DNA of 61,259 nucleotides from Bryobacteraceae bacterium. GTDB lineage: Bacteria; Acidobacteriota; Terriglobia; Bryobacterales; Bryobacteraceae. A program made the position numbers and the translations under genes. Below are positions 1 through 11,228 of the stretch, piece after piece. Position 1 is the first letter of the stretch; every line of letters begins with the position of its first letter. The notes under the pieces were generated by a model. It saw nothing but the letters and a program-made list of their open reading frames with translations. It did no database searches and was not told the origin of the DNA. The stretch is from positions 1-61,259 of the forward strand of contig DATMXS010000269.1 in NCBI GenBank assembly GCA_035561355.1, read 5' to 3'.

Positions 1-140
1 AGATGGTGATGCCGGGCGACAACGTGGAGCTGGAAGTAGAGCTGATCACGCCGGTGGCGATGGACAAGGGGTTGCGCTTCGCGATTCGCGAAGGCGGCCG
101 CACCGTCGGGGCCGGAACCGTTACGGAGATTTTGGGATAA
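1..140 (+). CDS. tuf: elongation factor Tu, C-terminal fragment (5' end outside window)
   Basis: Frame starting at nt 3 translates ...[45 protein letters not shown], ending at TAA 138-140. This matches the conserved EF-Tu C-terminus and sits directly upstream of rpsJ as in the str/S10 junction. Confidence 0.9.
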   Translation, partial: MVMPGDNVELEVELITPVAMDKGLRFAIREGGRTVGAGTVTEILG

Positions 141-215
141 GGCCTGTGGCATGTGGTCCGCGGCCCGACAAAACGGGCCGCGGGCGACGCGCTGCAAGCG
201 GTGAGCTACAAGCCA

Positions 216-542
216 ATGTTAAGAGAGCGCATTCGCATTCGCCTGAAGGCATACGACCACCGGGTCCTGGACCAATCGACGACTGAGATCGTCGAGACCG
301 CCAAGAGGACCGGAGCGCAGGTGGCGGGCCCGATTCCGCTGCCGACAGTGCTGAACCGCTACACCGTGAACCGTTCGCCGCACGTAGATAAAAAATCTCG
401 TGAGCAGTTCGAGATCCGGACGCACAAGCGCCTGCTGGACATCCTGGAACCGACCCAGGACACCGTGGATGCGCTCATGAAGCTGGACCTCCCTGCGGGT
501 GTAGACGTGGAGATCAAGGCGTTCGGGAAGGACAAGAGATAG
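216..542 (+). CDS. rpsJ: 30S ribosomal protein S10
   Basis: ORF track 153..542. Internal Met at 216 gives [19 protein letters not shown]..., the canonical S10 N-terminus. Position is upstream of rplC. Confidence 0.93.
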   Translation: MLRERIRIRLKAYDHRVLDQSTTEIVETAKRTGAQVAGPIPLPTVLNRYTVNRSPHVDKKSREQFEIRTHKRLLDILEPTQDTVDALMKLDLPAGVDVEIKAFGKDKR

Positions 543-570
543 GAGAGGAGATAGGAGAGGAGATAGGAAA
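539..570 (+). repeat. tandem 12-mer purine-rich repeat (ATAGGAGAGGAG x ~2.7) spanning the rpsJ stop and the rpsJ-rplC spacer
   Basis: Direct reading: ataggagaggag ataggagaggag ataggaaa. The repeat contains several AGGAG Shine-Dalgarno-like motifs. Confidence 0.7.
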
Positions 571-595
571 GCGGAGAAGCCCGACCGGCATGCTC

Positions 596-628
596 CTGAC
601 TTCTGACTTCTCGTTCCTGACTCCTGAA
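596..628 (+). repeat. degenerate pyrimidine-rich heptamer repeat (GACTTCT-like x4) with CTCCT anti-SD-like motifs, immediately upstream of rplC
   Basis: Direct reading: ctgacttct gacttct cgttcct gactcct ga. rplC has no canonical SD adjacent to its ATG at 634. Confidence 0.6.
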
Positions 629-633
629 GTTCT

Positions 634-1266
634 ATGATCCCAGGAATTCTAGGCAGAAAGATCGGCATGACGCAGGTCTTCCGGCCGGACGGGCAGGTCG
701 TCCCGGTCACCCTGCTCAAGGCGGGTCCCTGCGTCGTGGTGCAGAGGAAAACGCCGACATCCGACGGCTACAATGCGGTTCAGCTTGGCTTGATGGAGTT
801 TATCAAACCCCAGCGGATTAACAAGCCGGAGACCGCCCATCTTAAGAAGGCCAACGTCGATGGCGTGAAGTTCCTGCGCGAACTGACGCTGAATCCCGGT
901 GACGATGACTTCAAACCGGGTGATCAGGTCCTGGTGGACCAGTTCCACCTGATGGAGAAAGTGGACGTCATCGGCATTAGCAAAGGCCGCGGGTTCGCGG
1001 GCGTCGTGAAGCGCCACAATTTCCGTGGCGGCGAGGGTTCGCACGGCTCGATGTTCCACCGGGCTCCCGGTTCGATCGGTGCGTCCAGCTATCCCTCGCG
1101 GGTGTTGCCTGGAACGCGCATGGGCGGCCACATGGGTACCCAGCGGGTGACTGTTCGCAACCTCGAGATCATCGACGTGAACCTTGAGGACAACGTGCTG
1201 GTGGTGAAGGGCGCAGTGCCGGGCCCCAACGGCGGTTATGTCGTCGTCCGGCGCGCCAAGAGGTGA
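634..1266 (+). CDS. rplC: 50S ribosomal protein L3
   Basis: [16 protein letters not shown]... is a typical L3 N-terminus. 210 aa. Operon position. Confidence 0.95.
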   Translation: MIPGILGRKIGMTQVFRPDGQVVPVTLLKAGPCVVVQRKTPTSDGYNAVQLGLMEFIKPQRINKPETAHLKKANVDGVKFLRELTLNPGDDDFKPGDQVLVDQFHLMEKVDVIGISKGRGFAGVVKRHNFRGGEGSHGSMFHRAPGSIGASSYPSRVLPGTRMGGHMGTQRVTVRNLEIIDVNLEDNVLVVKGAVPGPNGGYVVVRRAKR

Positions 1267-1269
1267 ACT

Positions 1270-1896
1270 ATGCCCAAGGTTGACGTTGTCGATTTGAATA
1301 ACAATAAGGTCGGTGAGCTGGAGCTTGCCGACCACGTCTTCGGCGCCGAAGTCAATGATGCGCTGATTTACGAAAGCGTTCGCCATTACATGGCGGGACA
1401 GCGCAGCGGCACGGCGAAGACGAAGACCCGCCATGAGGTATCCGGTTCGGGCAAGAAGCTGTGGCGGCAGAAGGGCACGGGCCGCGCGCGCTCGGGCTCG
1501 ATCCGCTCGCCCCTGTGGCGACACGGCGGCACTGTGCACGGACCCGTTCCCCGCGACTATAGCTATCGGCTCCCGCGGAAGATGCTGTTGGGCGCACTGC
1601 GCTCGGCGCTCTCCGGCAAACTGCGCGACGGCGAGTTGAAGGTGGTCCAGGCGCTCACGTTCGGCGATCATAAGACGAAGACGGTCGCGGCCGCGCTGAA
1701 GACCTTGAGCGGCGCCGCGAAGGTGCTCGTCGTCGAGTCCGGCGAGAACCGCAATCTTGAACTCGGGACGCGCAACATCGATGGTGTGACGCTGGTTCCG
1801 ACGCGCGAAGTGACGACGTACCATCTGCTCGGTCACAAGCAGGTTGTGTTGAGCGAGGCCGCCGCCCGGAAGCTTTCGGAGGCACTGGCGAAATGA
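1270..1896 (+). CDS. rplD: 50S ribosomal protein L4
   Basis: 208 aa. The KLWRQKGTGRARSGSIRSPLWRHGG motif is L4-specific. Confidence 0.95.
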   Translation: MPKVDVVDLNNNKVGELELADHVFGAEVNDALIYESVRHYMAGQRSGTAKTKTRHEVSGSGKKLWRQKGTGRARSGSIRSPLWRHGGTVHGPVPRDYSYRLPRKMLLGALRSALSGKLRDGELKVVQALTFGDHKTKTVAAALKTLSGAAKVLVVESGENRNLELGTRNIDGVTLVPTREVTTYHLLGHKQVVLSEAAARKLSEALAK

Positions 1897-2183
1897 ACCA
1901 CTACCAAGTCATCCGGCGGCCGTTGATCACTGAGAAGGGAACCGCGAAGAAGGAAAGCGAACGCACGCTCTGCTTCGAGGTGGCACCTGCGGCCAACAAG
2001 ATCCAGATCCGCGCCGCGGTCGAAAAGCTCTTCAAGGTGAAGGTTGAAGACGTTCGGACCGTCAACATCGCGGGCAAGCGCCGTGGACGCGGCATGTATC
2101 TCGGGTATCTTCCAGACAGCAAAAAGGCCTACGTGAAGTTGAAGGAAGGCCAGAAGGTCCCCGAGTACGAGGAGATGATGTAA
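1893..2183 (+). CDS. rplW: 50S ribosomal protein L23
   Basis: 96 aa, [12 protein letters not shown]...[16 protein letters not shown]. 4-nt overlap with rplD. Confidence 0.95.
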   Translation: MNHYQVIRRPLITEKGTAKKESERTLCFEVAPAANKIQIRAAVEKLFKVKVEDVRTVNIAGKRRGRGMYLGYLPDSKKAYVKLKEGQKVPEYEEMM

Positions 2184-3011
<828 letters not shown>

Positions 3012-3014
3012 ACC

Positions 3015-3302
3015 ATGGGCCGTTCGATTGCAAAAGGGCCGTTTGTCGATCAGCACCTTGCGGACAAGGTCGAGGCGATGAACGTCAAGAACGAAAAGAA
3101 GGTCGTGCGGACCTGGTCGCGGCGTTCCACTGTGCTTCCGGAGTTCGTCGGTCACACGCTCGCCGTACATAATGGCAAGAAGTTCATCCCGGTGTACGTG
3201 ACTGAGAACATGGTGGGCCACAAGCTGGGCGAGTTCTCGCCGACGCGCACGTTCAGGGGTCACGCCGCGAAGTCCTCCGAGAAGTCATCGAAGCCGGCGT
3301 AA
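3015..3302 (+). CDS. rpsS: 30S ribosomal protein S19
   Basis: [15 protein letters not shown]...[23 protein letters not shown]. Has a short Ser/Lys-rich C-terminal tail. Confidence 0.95.
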   Translation: MGRSIAKGPFVDQHLADKVEAMNVKNEKKVVRTWSRRSTVLPEFVGHTLAVHNGKKFIPVYVTENMVGHKLGEFSPTRTFRGHAAKSSEKSSKPA

Positions 3303-3360
3303 AGTTATGACCGCCGAGGGCGCGGACACCTGGCGCCGGGGCGGTAAAAGGATTTCAAAG

Positions 3361-3705
3361 ATGCAAGCGAGAGCAGAAGCAAGGAACATCGGGGTCTCGC
3401 CGCAGAAGGCGCGGCTGGTGGTGGACCTGATCCGCGGGCGCAACGCCGGCGAGGCGATCAATATACTCCGCGTGACCAACAAGCGGATCGCGCCGGCGGT
3501 GGAGAAGGTGCTGCGGTCGGCCATCGCGAACGCCGAAAACCGTTTCAGCGACGTGGATGTCGATACGCTCGTGGTGGTGGAAGCGTACGTGAACGAAGGG
3601 CCGCGGATGAAGCGCATCCGGCCGGCGCCGATGGGCCGTGCGTACCGTTATCAGCGCCGGATGGCGCACATCGCGGTCACGGTCGGGGACGGCAAAGAGG
3701 AATAA
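3361..3705 (+). CDS. rplV: 50S ribosomal protein L22
   Basis: ORF track 3307..3705. Internal ATG at 3361 gives MQARAEARNIGVSPQKARLVVDLIRG, the canonical L22 start. Confidence 0.9.
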   Translation: MQARAEARNIGVSPQKARLVVDLIRGRNAGEAINILRVTNKRIAPAVEKVLRSAIANAENRFSDVDVDTLVVVEAYVNEGPRMKRIRPAPMGRAYRYQRRMAHIAVTVGDGKEE

Positions 3706-3708
3706 CGC

Positions 3709-4632
3709 ATGGGTCAGAAAGTACATCCCTACGGTTTCCGGCTGGGCGTCAGCAAGACCTGGCGTTCGCGCTGGTTCGCCAAGCAGGACTACGCCAAGTT
3801 GCTGTGTGAGGACCTGGAGCTCAAGGACGCGCTGCGAAAGCGGCTGAAGGCGGCCGGTGTGAGCTCGGTCGAAGTGGATCGCCCCGGCAACAAGCTGAGG
3901 ATCACGATTCGCACATCGCGTCCGGGCATCGTCATCGGACGCAAGGGCGCCGAAATCGAGAAGCTGAAGCAGGACCTCGCGAAGAAGACCAAGCGCGACG
4001 TCTTCATCGACATCCAGGAAGTCCACAAACCGGAACTCGACGCTCAACTTGTGGCCGAGTCGATCGCGCTGCAACTCGAGAAGCGCGTGGCGTTCCGCCG
4101 CGCGATGCGCAAGGCCGTGGATTCGGCGCTGCGTTTCGGCTGCAAGGGCATCAAGGTGCGCGTGTCGGGCCGGTTGAACGGCGCCGAAATCGCGCGCAGC
4201 GAATGGTATCTGCAAGGGCAGCTTCCGCTGCACACGCTCCGCGCCGATATCGACTACGGTTTCGCACAGGCCTATACGACCTATGGCGTGATCGGTATCA
4301 AGTGCTGGGTTTATAAGGGTGACCTGCTCGACCAGCAAATCCGCAAGGGAATGCTCGGAACCGAGCCGGAGCCACGGCGCCGGGAACGTCGTGACCGCCC
4401 CGACCGCCGTGAACGCGGTGATCGTGGTGGTGACCGGGGCGAGCGCGCTCCGCACACGCCTCCTCCGCCTCCGATGACGGCCGAGCCCGCAGGTCCTGCC
4501 GTGCAGGGCACGCCGGGCGAAGCGCCGGCACAGCGGACTACGCCGATTCTGCCGCCGCTCACTCCGCCGCAGCAGCCATCCTGGAAACAGGAGCTGAAGC
4601 CGACGGAGCCGGGCGGAGACAAAAAGGAATAA
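3709..4632 (+). CDS. rpsC: 30S ribosomal protein S3 with an ~80-aa Pro/Arg/Glu-rich low-complexity C-terminal extension
   Basis: [24 protein letters not shown] is the S3 N-terminus and the KH domain is present. The tail reads ...[40 protein letters not shown]...PPLTPPQQP. Confidence 0.94.
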   Translation: MGQKVHPYGFRLGVSKTWRSRWFAKQDYAKLLCEDLELKDALRKRLKAAGVSSVEVDRPGNKLRITIRTSRPGIVIGRKGAEIEKLKQDLAKKTKRDVFIDIQEVHKPELDAQLVAESIALQLEKRVAFRRAMRKAVDSALRFGCKGIKVRVSGRLNGAEIARSEWYLQGQLPLHTLRADIDYGFAQAYTTYGVIGIKCWVYKGDLLDQQIRKGMLGTEPEPRRRERRDRPDRRERGDRGGDRGERAPHTPPPPPMTAEPAGPAVQGTPGEAPAQRTTPILPPLTPPQQPSWKQELKPTEPGGDKKE

Positions 4633-4647
4633 AGGAGTCAAACCGCC

Positions 4648-5064
4648 ATGTTGATGCCGAAAAAAGTCAAGTTCAGAAAGCAGCAGCGCGGCCGGCGCGC
4701 CGGTAAAGCCTGGCGCGGCTCCTCGCTGGCTTTCGGCGACTTCGGCCTCAAGGCGATGGAAGTCGCCTGGGTGACCGACCGGCAAATTGAGGCCGCGCGT
4801 ATCGCGATGACGCGATTCATCAAGCGCGGCGGTAAGGTCTGGATCCGCGTTTTCCCCGATAAGCCGATCACGAAGAAGCCGGCCGAAACCCGAATGGGTA
4901 AAGGCAAGGGCGCACCGGAAGGCTGGGTGGCGGTCGTGAAGCCGGGCCGGATACTTTTTGAGATGGAAGGCGTCAGCCGCGATATCGCCCGGCAGGCGAT
5001 GGCGCTGGCGGCGCACAAGCTGCCGATTCCGACCAAGCTGGTCGTGCGGCCGAACGTGGAGTAG
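4648..5064 (+). CDS. rplP: 50S ribosomal protein L16
   Basis: [16 protein letters not shown]... 138 aa. Confidence 0.95.
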   Translation: MLMPKKVKFRKQQRGRRAGKAWRGSSLAFGDFGLKAMEVAWVTDRQIEAARIAMTRFIKRGGKVWIRVFPDKPITKKPAETRMGKGKGAPEGWVAVVKPGRILFEMEGVSRDIARQAMALAAHKLPIPTKLVVRPNVE

Positions 5065-5068
5065 CGAG

Positions 5069-5284
5069 ATGAAGGCGAACAAGATCCGCGACCTCGACAC
5101 CAAAGAGCTCGACAATCAGTTGCGAGAGATGGAAGAACAATTCTTCCATCTCCGGTTCCAGATGGGCATGGGGCAGATGGACGGTCTGAAAAAGTACCGG
5201 GCACTGCGCAAAGACCGCGCGCGCATCCTGACCATCTTGGGCCAGCGGGCCAGCCAGCAGGGCGAGGCAGCGCGGAAAGGATAG
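5069..5284 (+). CDS. rpmC: 50S ribosomal protein L29
   Basis: Internal ATG at 5069 of ORF 4958..5284 gives [31 protein letters not shown], which is L29. Confidence 0.9.
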   Translation: MKANKIRDLDTKELDNQLREMEEQFFHLRFQMGMGQMDGLKKYRALRKDRARILTILGQRASQQGEAARKG

Positions 5285-5290
5285 CCGGCA

Positions 5291-5620
5291 ATGGCGGAAG
5301 AGCAGAAGACGCAGAGCCACAAAAACGAAAAGGTCGGGACCGTGAGCTCGACCAAGATGACCAAGACCATCGTGGTCGAGGTATCGCGCCGGGTACCGCA
5401 CCCGGTTTACAAGAAGATCGTCAAGAAGCGCAAGAAGTTCTATGCGCACGACGAACAGGAGACCGCGCGGGTCGGGGACGTGGTGCGGATCATTGAATCG
5501 CGCCCGTTGAGCCGGCTGAAGCGTTGGGAACTGGTGGAAGTCGTGCGGCGGGCCGCGCTGGTTGGCGTGGCGGACACGGTGACCTCGGCGACGACGGCGC
5601 CTGGAGAAGGATCGAAGTAG
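5291..5620 (+). CDS. rpsQ: 30S ribosomal protein S17 with a ~25-aa C-terminal extension
   Basis: [40 protein letters not shown]... is the S17 core. Extra tail reads ...[23 protein letters not shown]. Confidence 0.93.
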   Translation: MAEEQKTQSHKNEKVGTVSSTKMTKTIVVEVSRRVPHPVYKKIVKKRKKFYAHDEQETARVGDVVRIIESRPLSRLKRWELVEVVRRAALVGVADTVTSATTAPGEGSK

Positions 5621-5684
5621 AGACGGGGAGCCCGGGGGCGTGGAGTGATCTACCGCCGGCGGGCCACGGTCGAGGAGAAAAGCC

Positions 5685-6053
5685 ATGATCGGAATGCGAA
5701 CCATCCTGGAGGTCGCTGACAACAGCGGCGCGCGCAGGCTGAGTACGATCCTCCCGCGCGGCGGCGACAAGGGCCTTCGCGCCGGGCTGGGCGACATTGT
5801 GACCGCCAGCGTGAAGGAAGCGACTCCGGACTCGGCCATCAAGAAGGGTAAGGTCGTCCGCTGCGTGATCGTGCGAATGCGCAAGGAAACGCGGCGCAAG
5901 GACGGCACCTACATCCGGTTTGACACGAACGCCGCCGTCCTGATCAACCCGGACGGCGAGCCGATCGGGACACGCGTTTTCGGCCCGGTTGCCCGCGAGT
6001 TGCGCGATAAGAAGTTCATGAAAATCGTGTCGCTCGCGCCGGAGGTAATTTAG
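5685..6053 (+). CDS. rplN: 50S ribosomal protein L14
   Basis: [18 protein letters not shown]... 122 aa. Confidence 0.95.
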   Translation: MIGMRTILEVADNSGARRLSTILPRGGDKGLRAGLGDIVTASVKEATPDSAIKKGKVVRCVIVRMRKETRRKDGTYIRFDTNAAVLINPDGEPIGTRVFGPVARELRDKKFMKIVSLAPEVI

Positions 6054-6055
6054 CG

Positions 6056-6433
6056 ATGGCGATGTTCGGAAAGAACGAAAAGAAAAAAGCGGAGCCGCCG
6101 GCACGGGTCGAGATCAAGAAGAACGACACGGTGAAGGTCATCGCCGGCAAGGACAAAGGCAAGCAGGGGCGCGTGCTGAGTGTTGACCGCACGACGGGCC
6201 GTGCGCTCGTCGAGGGCGTTCAGATGCTGAAGCGGCACACGCGGCCGAACCCGCAACGGCAGATCAAGGGCGGCATCGCGGAGCGGGAAGGCCCGATCGC
6301 GGTCTCGAACCTGATGATCGTTTGCGGCCAGTGCGGCCCGACACGCGTCGGTCACAAGCTGGACACGGTTGGCGGCAAGACCCGGCGCACAAGAGTGTGC
6401 CGGAAATGCGGCACGGCGCTGGAGAAGAAGTGA
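6056..6433 (+). CDS. rplX: 50S ribosomal protein L24 (KOW) with a Lys-rich N-terminal extension and a C-terminal CxxC...CxxC zinc-ribbon-like module
   Basis: [21 protein letters not shown] is the KOW motif of L24. C-terminus reads [32 protein letters not shown], with four Cys. Confidence 0.92.
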   Translation: MAMFGKNEKKKAEPPARVEIKKNDTVKVIAGKDKGKQGRVLSVDRTTGRALVEGVQMLKRHTRPNPQRQIKGGIAEREGPIAVSNLMIVCGQCGPTRVGHKLDTVGGKTRRTRVCRKCGTALEKK

Positions 6434-6434
6434 T

Positions 6435-6977
6435 ATGGCAGCGAGGCTGAGAGAGCACTACAAGAACAACATCGTTCCCGCGCTGATGAAAGAGTTCGGC
6501 TACGACAACATCAACGCGGTCCCGACGGTTCAGAAGGTCACGGTCAACATTGGGCTGGGCGAGGCGTCCGCTAACCCCAAACTGATGGACGGCGCGGTTG
6601 CCGAGTTGGGCGCCGTGACGGGCCAGAAGCCGGTGATCACGAAGGCACGGAAGTCGATCGCCCAGTTCAAGCTGCGTACGGGCATGACCATCGGTTGCAT
6701 GGTGACCCTCCGCGGCGACCGCATGTTCGAATTTCTGGACAGGCTGGTGAACGTTTCGTTGCCGCGCGTCCGCGACTTCCGCGGCGTATCGACGAAGTCC
6801 TTCGACGGCCGCGGGAACTACACGCTGGGCGTCCGAGACCAGTTGATCTTCCCCGAGATCGACTACAACAAGGTCGAGAAGGTTAAGGGGATGAACATTT
6901 GCGTGACGACGACGGCCAAGAGTGATGCCGAAGGACTCGCGCTGTTGCGGCACCTCGGGATGCCGTTCCGTCAATAG
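6435..6977 (+). CDS. rplE: 50S ribosomal protein L5
   Basis: Internal ATG at 6435 of ORF 6369..6977 gives [30 protein letters not shown], which is L5. Confidence 0.93.
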   Translation: MAARLREHYKNNIVPALMKEFGYDNINAVPTVQKVTVNIGLGEASANPKLMDGAVAELGAVTGQKPVITKARKSIAQFKLRTGMTIGCMVTLRGDRMFEFLDRLVNVSLPRVRDFRGVSTKSFDGRGNYTLGVRDQLIFPEIDYNKVEKVKGMNICVTTTAKSDAEGLALLRHLGMPFRQ

Positions 6978-6985
6978 GAGAACGA

Positions 6986-7195
6986 ATGGCGACCACTGCG
7001 AAAATCGCCAGGGACGAGAAGCTGCTGAAGCACAGGAAGGCCAAGACGGAAAAGCTTGGCGTTCGGCACCGGAACCGGTGCTGGCGCTGCGGCCGCCCGC
7101 GCGGCTACCTCCGCAAGTTCAATTTGTGCCGCATCTGCTTCCGCAACCTGGCGCTCTCGGGCGAAATCCCGGGTGTGATCAAGGCAAGCTGGTAA
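6986..7195 (+). CDS. rpsZ: 30S ribosomal protein S14 type Z (zinc-binding)
   Basis: 69 aa. The [22 protein letters not shown] Cys4 motif is typical of S14 type Z. Confidence 0.93.
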   Translation: MATTAKIARDEKLLKHRKAKTEKLGVRHRNRCWRCGRPRGYLRKFNLCRICFRNLALSGEIPGVIKASW

Positions 7196-7320
7196 AGGAA
7201 GAACCGCTTGCGGGGGGGCCGGCGTTGCTGGATGGAAATCCACGACGCCAAGGCCGAACCGCGAGCCGCATCGGCCTGCGTGCCGGATAAAACCGACAGA
7301 CCTGGCCGGGAAGGTGAAAA

Positions 7321-7713
7321 ATGACGGATCCGATTGCAGACATGCTGACGCGCATCCGCAATGCGATCAAGGCGCGGCATGCCAAGGTGGATGTCCCAGC
7401 TTCGAATGTGAAGACGGAAATCGCTCGCATTCTGAAGGAAGAGGGCTACATCATCAACTTTAAGACGGCTGAGGAAGGCCCCAAGAAGGTCATCAAGATT
7501 TACCTGAAGTATCAGCCGAACACGAAGCCGGTGATATCGGAAATCACGCGCATTTCGCGGCCGGGTTGCCGCGTGTACGTGGGACACACCGAGATCCCGC
7601 CGGTTCTCGGTGGCCTCGGCATCAACATTCTGACGACGCCCAAGGGCGTTCTGACCGGACGCGACGCCCGCAAACAGAATGTCGGCGGCGAGTTGTTGTG
7701 CCAGGTCTGCTAA
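7321..7713 (+). CDS. rpsH: 30S ribosomal protein S8
   Basis: MTDPIADMLTRIRNA... 130 aa. Confidence 0.95.
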   Translation: MTDPIADMLTRIRNAIKARHAKVDVPASNVKTEIARILKEEGYIINFKTAEEGPKKVIKIYLKYQPNTKPVISEITRISRPGCRVYVGHTEIPPVLGGLGINILTTPKGVLTGRDARKQNVGGELLCQVC

Positions 7714-7725
7714 GGGAGTAAGACC

Positions 7726-8262
7726 ATGTCGAGAGTTGGGAAAAAGCCGATCCCGCTGCCGAAGGGCGTTAAGATCTCGATCGGCGAGCGGCTCGAAGTG
7801 GAAGGCCCCAAGGGCAAGCTGAGCGTGCCGATTCCGGAAGGGGTCGAATTGCACGAGACGGAAGGCCGGCTGGAACTGACGCGGACGTCCGAGAAGAAGG
7901 CGGCCCTGCACGGTCTCACACGGGCCCTTGCCGCCAATGCGGTGCAGGGCGTGTCAACCGGATTCACGCGCGAGCTCGATATTGTTGGAATTGGCTATCG
8001 CGCCGAGGTGAAGGGCCGGGTGGCGGTCTTCAATCTGGGCTATTCGCACCCCGTGGAGTTCCTGCTGCCGAGCGGCGTTGACGCCAAGATCGATAAGCAA
8101 ACGCACATCGTTCTGAGCGGATTCGATCGCCAGTTGCTCGGGCAGACGGCCGCGAATATGCGCTCATTGCGCCCGCCAGACCCCTATAAGAACAAGGGCG
8201 TCCGGTACACCGGCGAAGCGCTGCGCAAGAAGGTCGGCAAGACCGGGGCGGGTGGCAAATGA
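7726..8262 (+). CDS. rplF: 50S ribosomal protein L6
   Basis: [17 protein letters not shown]... 178 aa. Confidence 0.95.
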   Translation: MSRVGKKPIPLPKGVKISIGERLEVEGPKGKLSVPIPEGVELHETEGRLELTRTSEKKAALHGLTRALAANAVQGVSTGFTRELDIVGIGYRAEVKGRVAVFNLGYSHPVEFLLPSGVDAKIDKQTHIVLSGFDRQLLGQTAANMRSLRPPDPYKNKGVRYTGEALRKKVGKTGAGGK

Positions 8263-8621
8263 TCCATAGTATTTCGCGTGATGAGATTCGCGTCCGGATT
8301 CACAAGCGCATCCGGCGCAATGTGCAGGGTAATACGGTACGTCCCCGTCTGGCGGTGTTCCGCAGCCTGAAGCATATTTACGCGCAGGTGATCGACGATA
8401 CACAGGGCCGGACGATGGTGTCGGCCTCCTCGGCCGAGAAGAACTCGCCCGTGGCGAGCGGCGGGAACCTGGCCGGGGCGAAGGAAATCGGTAAGCTGAT
8501 TGCCGATCGCGCCAAAGCTAAAGGTATCGTGAAGGTCGTCTTCGATCGCGGTGGGTACCTCTATCACGGGCGCATCAAGGCGCTCGCAGACGCGGCCCGC
8601 GAGGCGGGACTGGAGTTCTGA
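8259..8621 (+). CDS. rplR: 50S ribosomal protein L18
   Basis: [35 protein letters not shown]... 4-nt overlap with rplF. Confidence 0.93.
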   Translation: MIHSISRDEIRVRIHKRIRRNVQGNTVRPRLAVFRSLKHIYAQVIDDTQGRTMVSASSAEKNSPVASGGNLAGAKEIGKLIADRAKAKGIVKVVFDRGGYLYHGRIKALADAAREAGLEF

Positions 8622-8624
8622 TTC

Positions 8625-9164
8625 ATGACGGCTACTCTGACTACTGTCAAACCGATCGACGCGCAGGGCCTGAACCTGAAGGAACACGTCGTTTCGATCA
8701 ACCGTGTGACCAAGGTGGTCAAGGGCGGTAAGAACCTGAGCTTCTCGGCGCTGGTTGTCGTAGGCGACCCGGACGCGAAGGTGGTCGGCCACGCGACGGG
8801 CAAAGCCAAGGAAGTGCCCTCGGCGATCAAGAAGGCGATCGAGGCTGCAAAGAAGAACCTGCGCCGCGTCAACGTGAAGGGTACAACGATTCCGCACGCC
8901 ATCATCGGGGTGTACGGCGGCGGCCGTGTGCTGCTCAAGCCGGCTCCGGAAGGCACCGGCGTGATCGCCGGCGGTCCGGTGCGAGCCGTCATCGAGGCGG
9001 TGGGAATCGGCAACGTGGCAACGAAGTCGATTGGATCGCACAATCCCCATAACGTTGTTAAAGCGACGATTCGGGCGCTCGAAGGGCTGCGCGACCGCAA
9101 CGCGATCGCCGACATGCGTGGGCTTTCGCTCGAAAAAGTACTCGGCCGCGAGCCGAAGTCCTAG
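8625..9164 (+). CDS. rpsE: 30S ribosomal protein S5
   Basis: [27 protein letters not shown]... 179 aa. Confidence 0.95.
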   Translation: MTATLTTVKPIDAQGLNLKEHVVSINRVTKVVKGGKNLSFSALVVVGDPDAKVVGHATGKAKEVPSAIKKAIEAAKKNLRRVNVKGTTIPHAIIGVYGGGRVLLKPAPEGTGVIAGGPVRAVIEAVGIGNVATKSIGSHNPHNVVKATIRALEGLRDRNAIADMRGLSLEKVLGREPKS

Positions 9165-9174
9165 AGGGTGATCC

Positions 9175-9357
9175 ATGGCCGAAGGGAATATCAAGATTAA
9201 GCTGGTAAAAAGCCCGATCTGCACGCCGTTGAAACACAAGCGCGTGGTCCGGGGCCTGGGTCTCAAGAAGATGAACCAGGTGGTTGAGAAGCCCGACAAC
9301 CCGGGCATCCGGGGCATGGTGGCGATGGTGCCGCATCTGCTCCAGATCGTGGACTAG
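9175..9357 (+). CDS. rpmD: 50S ribosomal protein L30
   Basis: 60 aa. IKIKLVKSPICTPLKHKRVVRGLGLKKMNQ. Confidence 0.93.
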   Translation: MAEGNIKIKLVKSPICTPLKHKRVVRGLGLKKMNQVVEKPDNPGIRGMVAMVPHLLQIVD

Positions 9358-9367
9358 GGGGCGCACA

Positions 9368-9826
9368 ATGGATTTAAGTAATTTGAAACCGCCCGCCGGG
9401 CAGAAGCAGAAGCAGCGCCGCGTCGGCCGCGGTATGGGTTCGGGCCGGGGCAAGTACTCTGGACGCGGACAGAAGGGCCAGCGCTCGATTTCGGGTTTCA
9501 GCCTCATGCGCGGGTTTGAAGGCGGCCAGATGCCGCTGCACCGCCGGCTACCGAAGCGCGGCTTCTCGAATTATCCGTTCAAGAAGGATCTCGCGGTGAT
9601 CAACGTCGCGCGCCTGGCGAAGCTGGAAGGTGACGAGTTCTCGCCTGAAACGCTCACCAAGTCTGGGGTCATCAAAAAGCTCGGCGACGGGCTCAAGGTG
9701 CTCGGCATGGGCGAACTGACGCGCGCGATCACGGTGCACGCCCACCTGTTCAGCGAATCAGCGAAGCAGAAGATCGAAGCGGCAGGCGGCCGCGCCGAAG
9801 TCATCGGCAGTAACAAGCAGGCGTAG
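9368..9826 (+). CDS. rplO: 50S ribosomal protein L15
   Basis: Internal ATG at 9368 of ORF 9284..9826 gives MDLSNLKPPAGQKQKQRRVGRGMGSGRGK, which is L15. Confidence 0.92.
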   Translation: MDLSNLKPPAGQKQKQRRVGRGMGSGRGKYSGRGQKGQRSISGFSLMRGFEGGQMPLHRRLPKRGFSNYPFKKDLAVINVARLAKLEGDEFSPETLTKSGVIKKLGDGLKVLGMGELTRAITVHAHLFSESAKQKIEAAGGRAEVIGSNKQA

Positions 9827-9827
9827 A

Positions 9828-11228
9828 ATGAACAAGTTTCTCGAAGCAGTCACAAACGTGTTTCGTATTCCGGACCTGCGAAGGCGGGTCCTGTTTACGC
9901 TGGGGCTGCTCGCCGTTTACCGGTTGGGGGCACATATCCCGACGCCGGGCATCGATGCGAACAAGCTGAGCGAATTTTTCGAGCAGAACCAGGGCACAGT
10001 TTTCGGGTTCATTGACCTGTTCAGCGGCGGCATGTTCCGCCGCTTGACCATCTTCGCCCTGGGCATCATGCCCTACATCACGGCGTCGATCATCCTCCAG
10101 TTGCTGACGGTGGTCGTTCCCACTCTCGAGAAACTCCAGAAGGAAGGTGAACTCGGGCGCCGGAAGATCACCCAATGGACCCGATACCTCACCATCGGCC
10201 TGGCGCTGATGCAGTCCTTCGGCATTTCTACCGCTCTCATGAATAGCGAGGGCGGATTCGTGATGAATCCCGGTTTCGGGTTCATCGCGATGACGATGTT
10301 GACCCTCACCACCGGCACCGCGTTCATCATGTGGTTGGGCGAACAGATCTCTGATCGCGGCATCGGCAACGGGATGTCACTGATCATCTTCGCCGGCATC
10401 GTGATCGGGCTCCCGCACGCAATGCGTGAGGTCTACGAGAACGTGTTCGTGACGCGGCAGTGGAATGCTCTGCACCTGATCATTCTGATCCTGATCATGA
10501 TCGCGGTGGTTGCGTTCATCGTACTCGTCGAACGCGGCGAGCGGCGAATCCCGGTACAGTACGCCAAGCGCGTCGTCGGCCGGCGGATGATGGGCGGCCA
10601 GTCCACCCACCTGCCGCTCAAGGTCAACGCGGGCGGCGTTATACCGGTGATCTTCGCAAGTTCGATCCTGGCATTCCCGCAGACGCTAATGCTCGTGCCT
10701 GCGGTCAAGAACAATGCGTGGTTGAGCTCACTGCTGGGGGCGATCGGGCACTCCGAACCGCTCTACGTGCTGCTGTACGTTGCGGGCATCATCTTCTTCT
10801 GCTTCTTCTACGTGTCGATCATCTTCAACCCGAACGAAGCCGCGGATAACATGCGCAAGTACGGTGGGTTCATTCCGGGTATTCGCCCGGGCCGGAACAC
10901 CGCCGAGTACATGAACAAGATCCTCACGCGGATTACGGTGGTCGGCGGCTTATACCTGTCGGTCCTTTCGTTGATCCCTGAGATCATGATCACGGGCATC
11001 AAACTCCAGCACCTTCCGCTCATTGGCGGCTGGATCGATACGTGGGCGCCGCGGTTCCTTCTGGACGGGCTTGGCGTTACGTTTTACTTCGGCGGCACAT
11101 CGCTGCTGATCGTCGTGGGCGTGGCGATGGACACCGTCAACCAGATCGAAGCCCAGTTGATCATGCGTCACTACGAAGGCTTTACGCCGCGTTCCGGTAG
11201 GATCCGCGGGCGGCGGTCGGTTTTTTAA
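9828..11228 (+). CDS. secY: preprotein translocase subunit SecY
   Basis: 466 aa, multi-TM. N-terminus LRRRVLFTLGLLAVYRLGAHIP. Located in the spc operon. Confidence 0.96.
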   Translation: MNKFLEAVTNVFRIPDLRRRVLFTLGLLAVYRLGAHIPTPGIDANKLSEFFEQNQGTVFGFIDLFSGGMFRRLTIFALGIMPYITASIILQLLTVVVPTLEKLQKEGELGRRKITQWTRYLTIGLALMQSFGISTALMNSEGGFVMNPGFGFIAMTMLTLTTGTAFIMWLGEQISDRGIGNGMSLIIFAGIVIGLPHAMREVYENVFVTRQWNALHLIILILIMIAVVAFIVLVERGERRIPVQYAKRVVGRRMMGGQSTHLPLKVNAGGVIPVIFASSILAFPQTLMLVPAVKNNAWLSSLLGAIGHSEPLYVLLYVAGIIFFCFFYVSIIFNPNEAADNMRKYGGFIPGIRPGRNTAEYMNKILTRITVVGGLYLSVLSLIPEIMITGIKLQHLPLIGGWIDTWAPRFLLDGLGVTFYFGGTSLLIVVGVAMDTVNQIEAQLIMRHYEGFTPRSGRIRGRRSVF

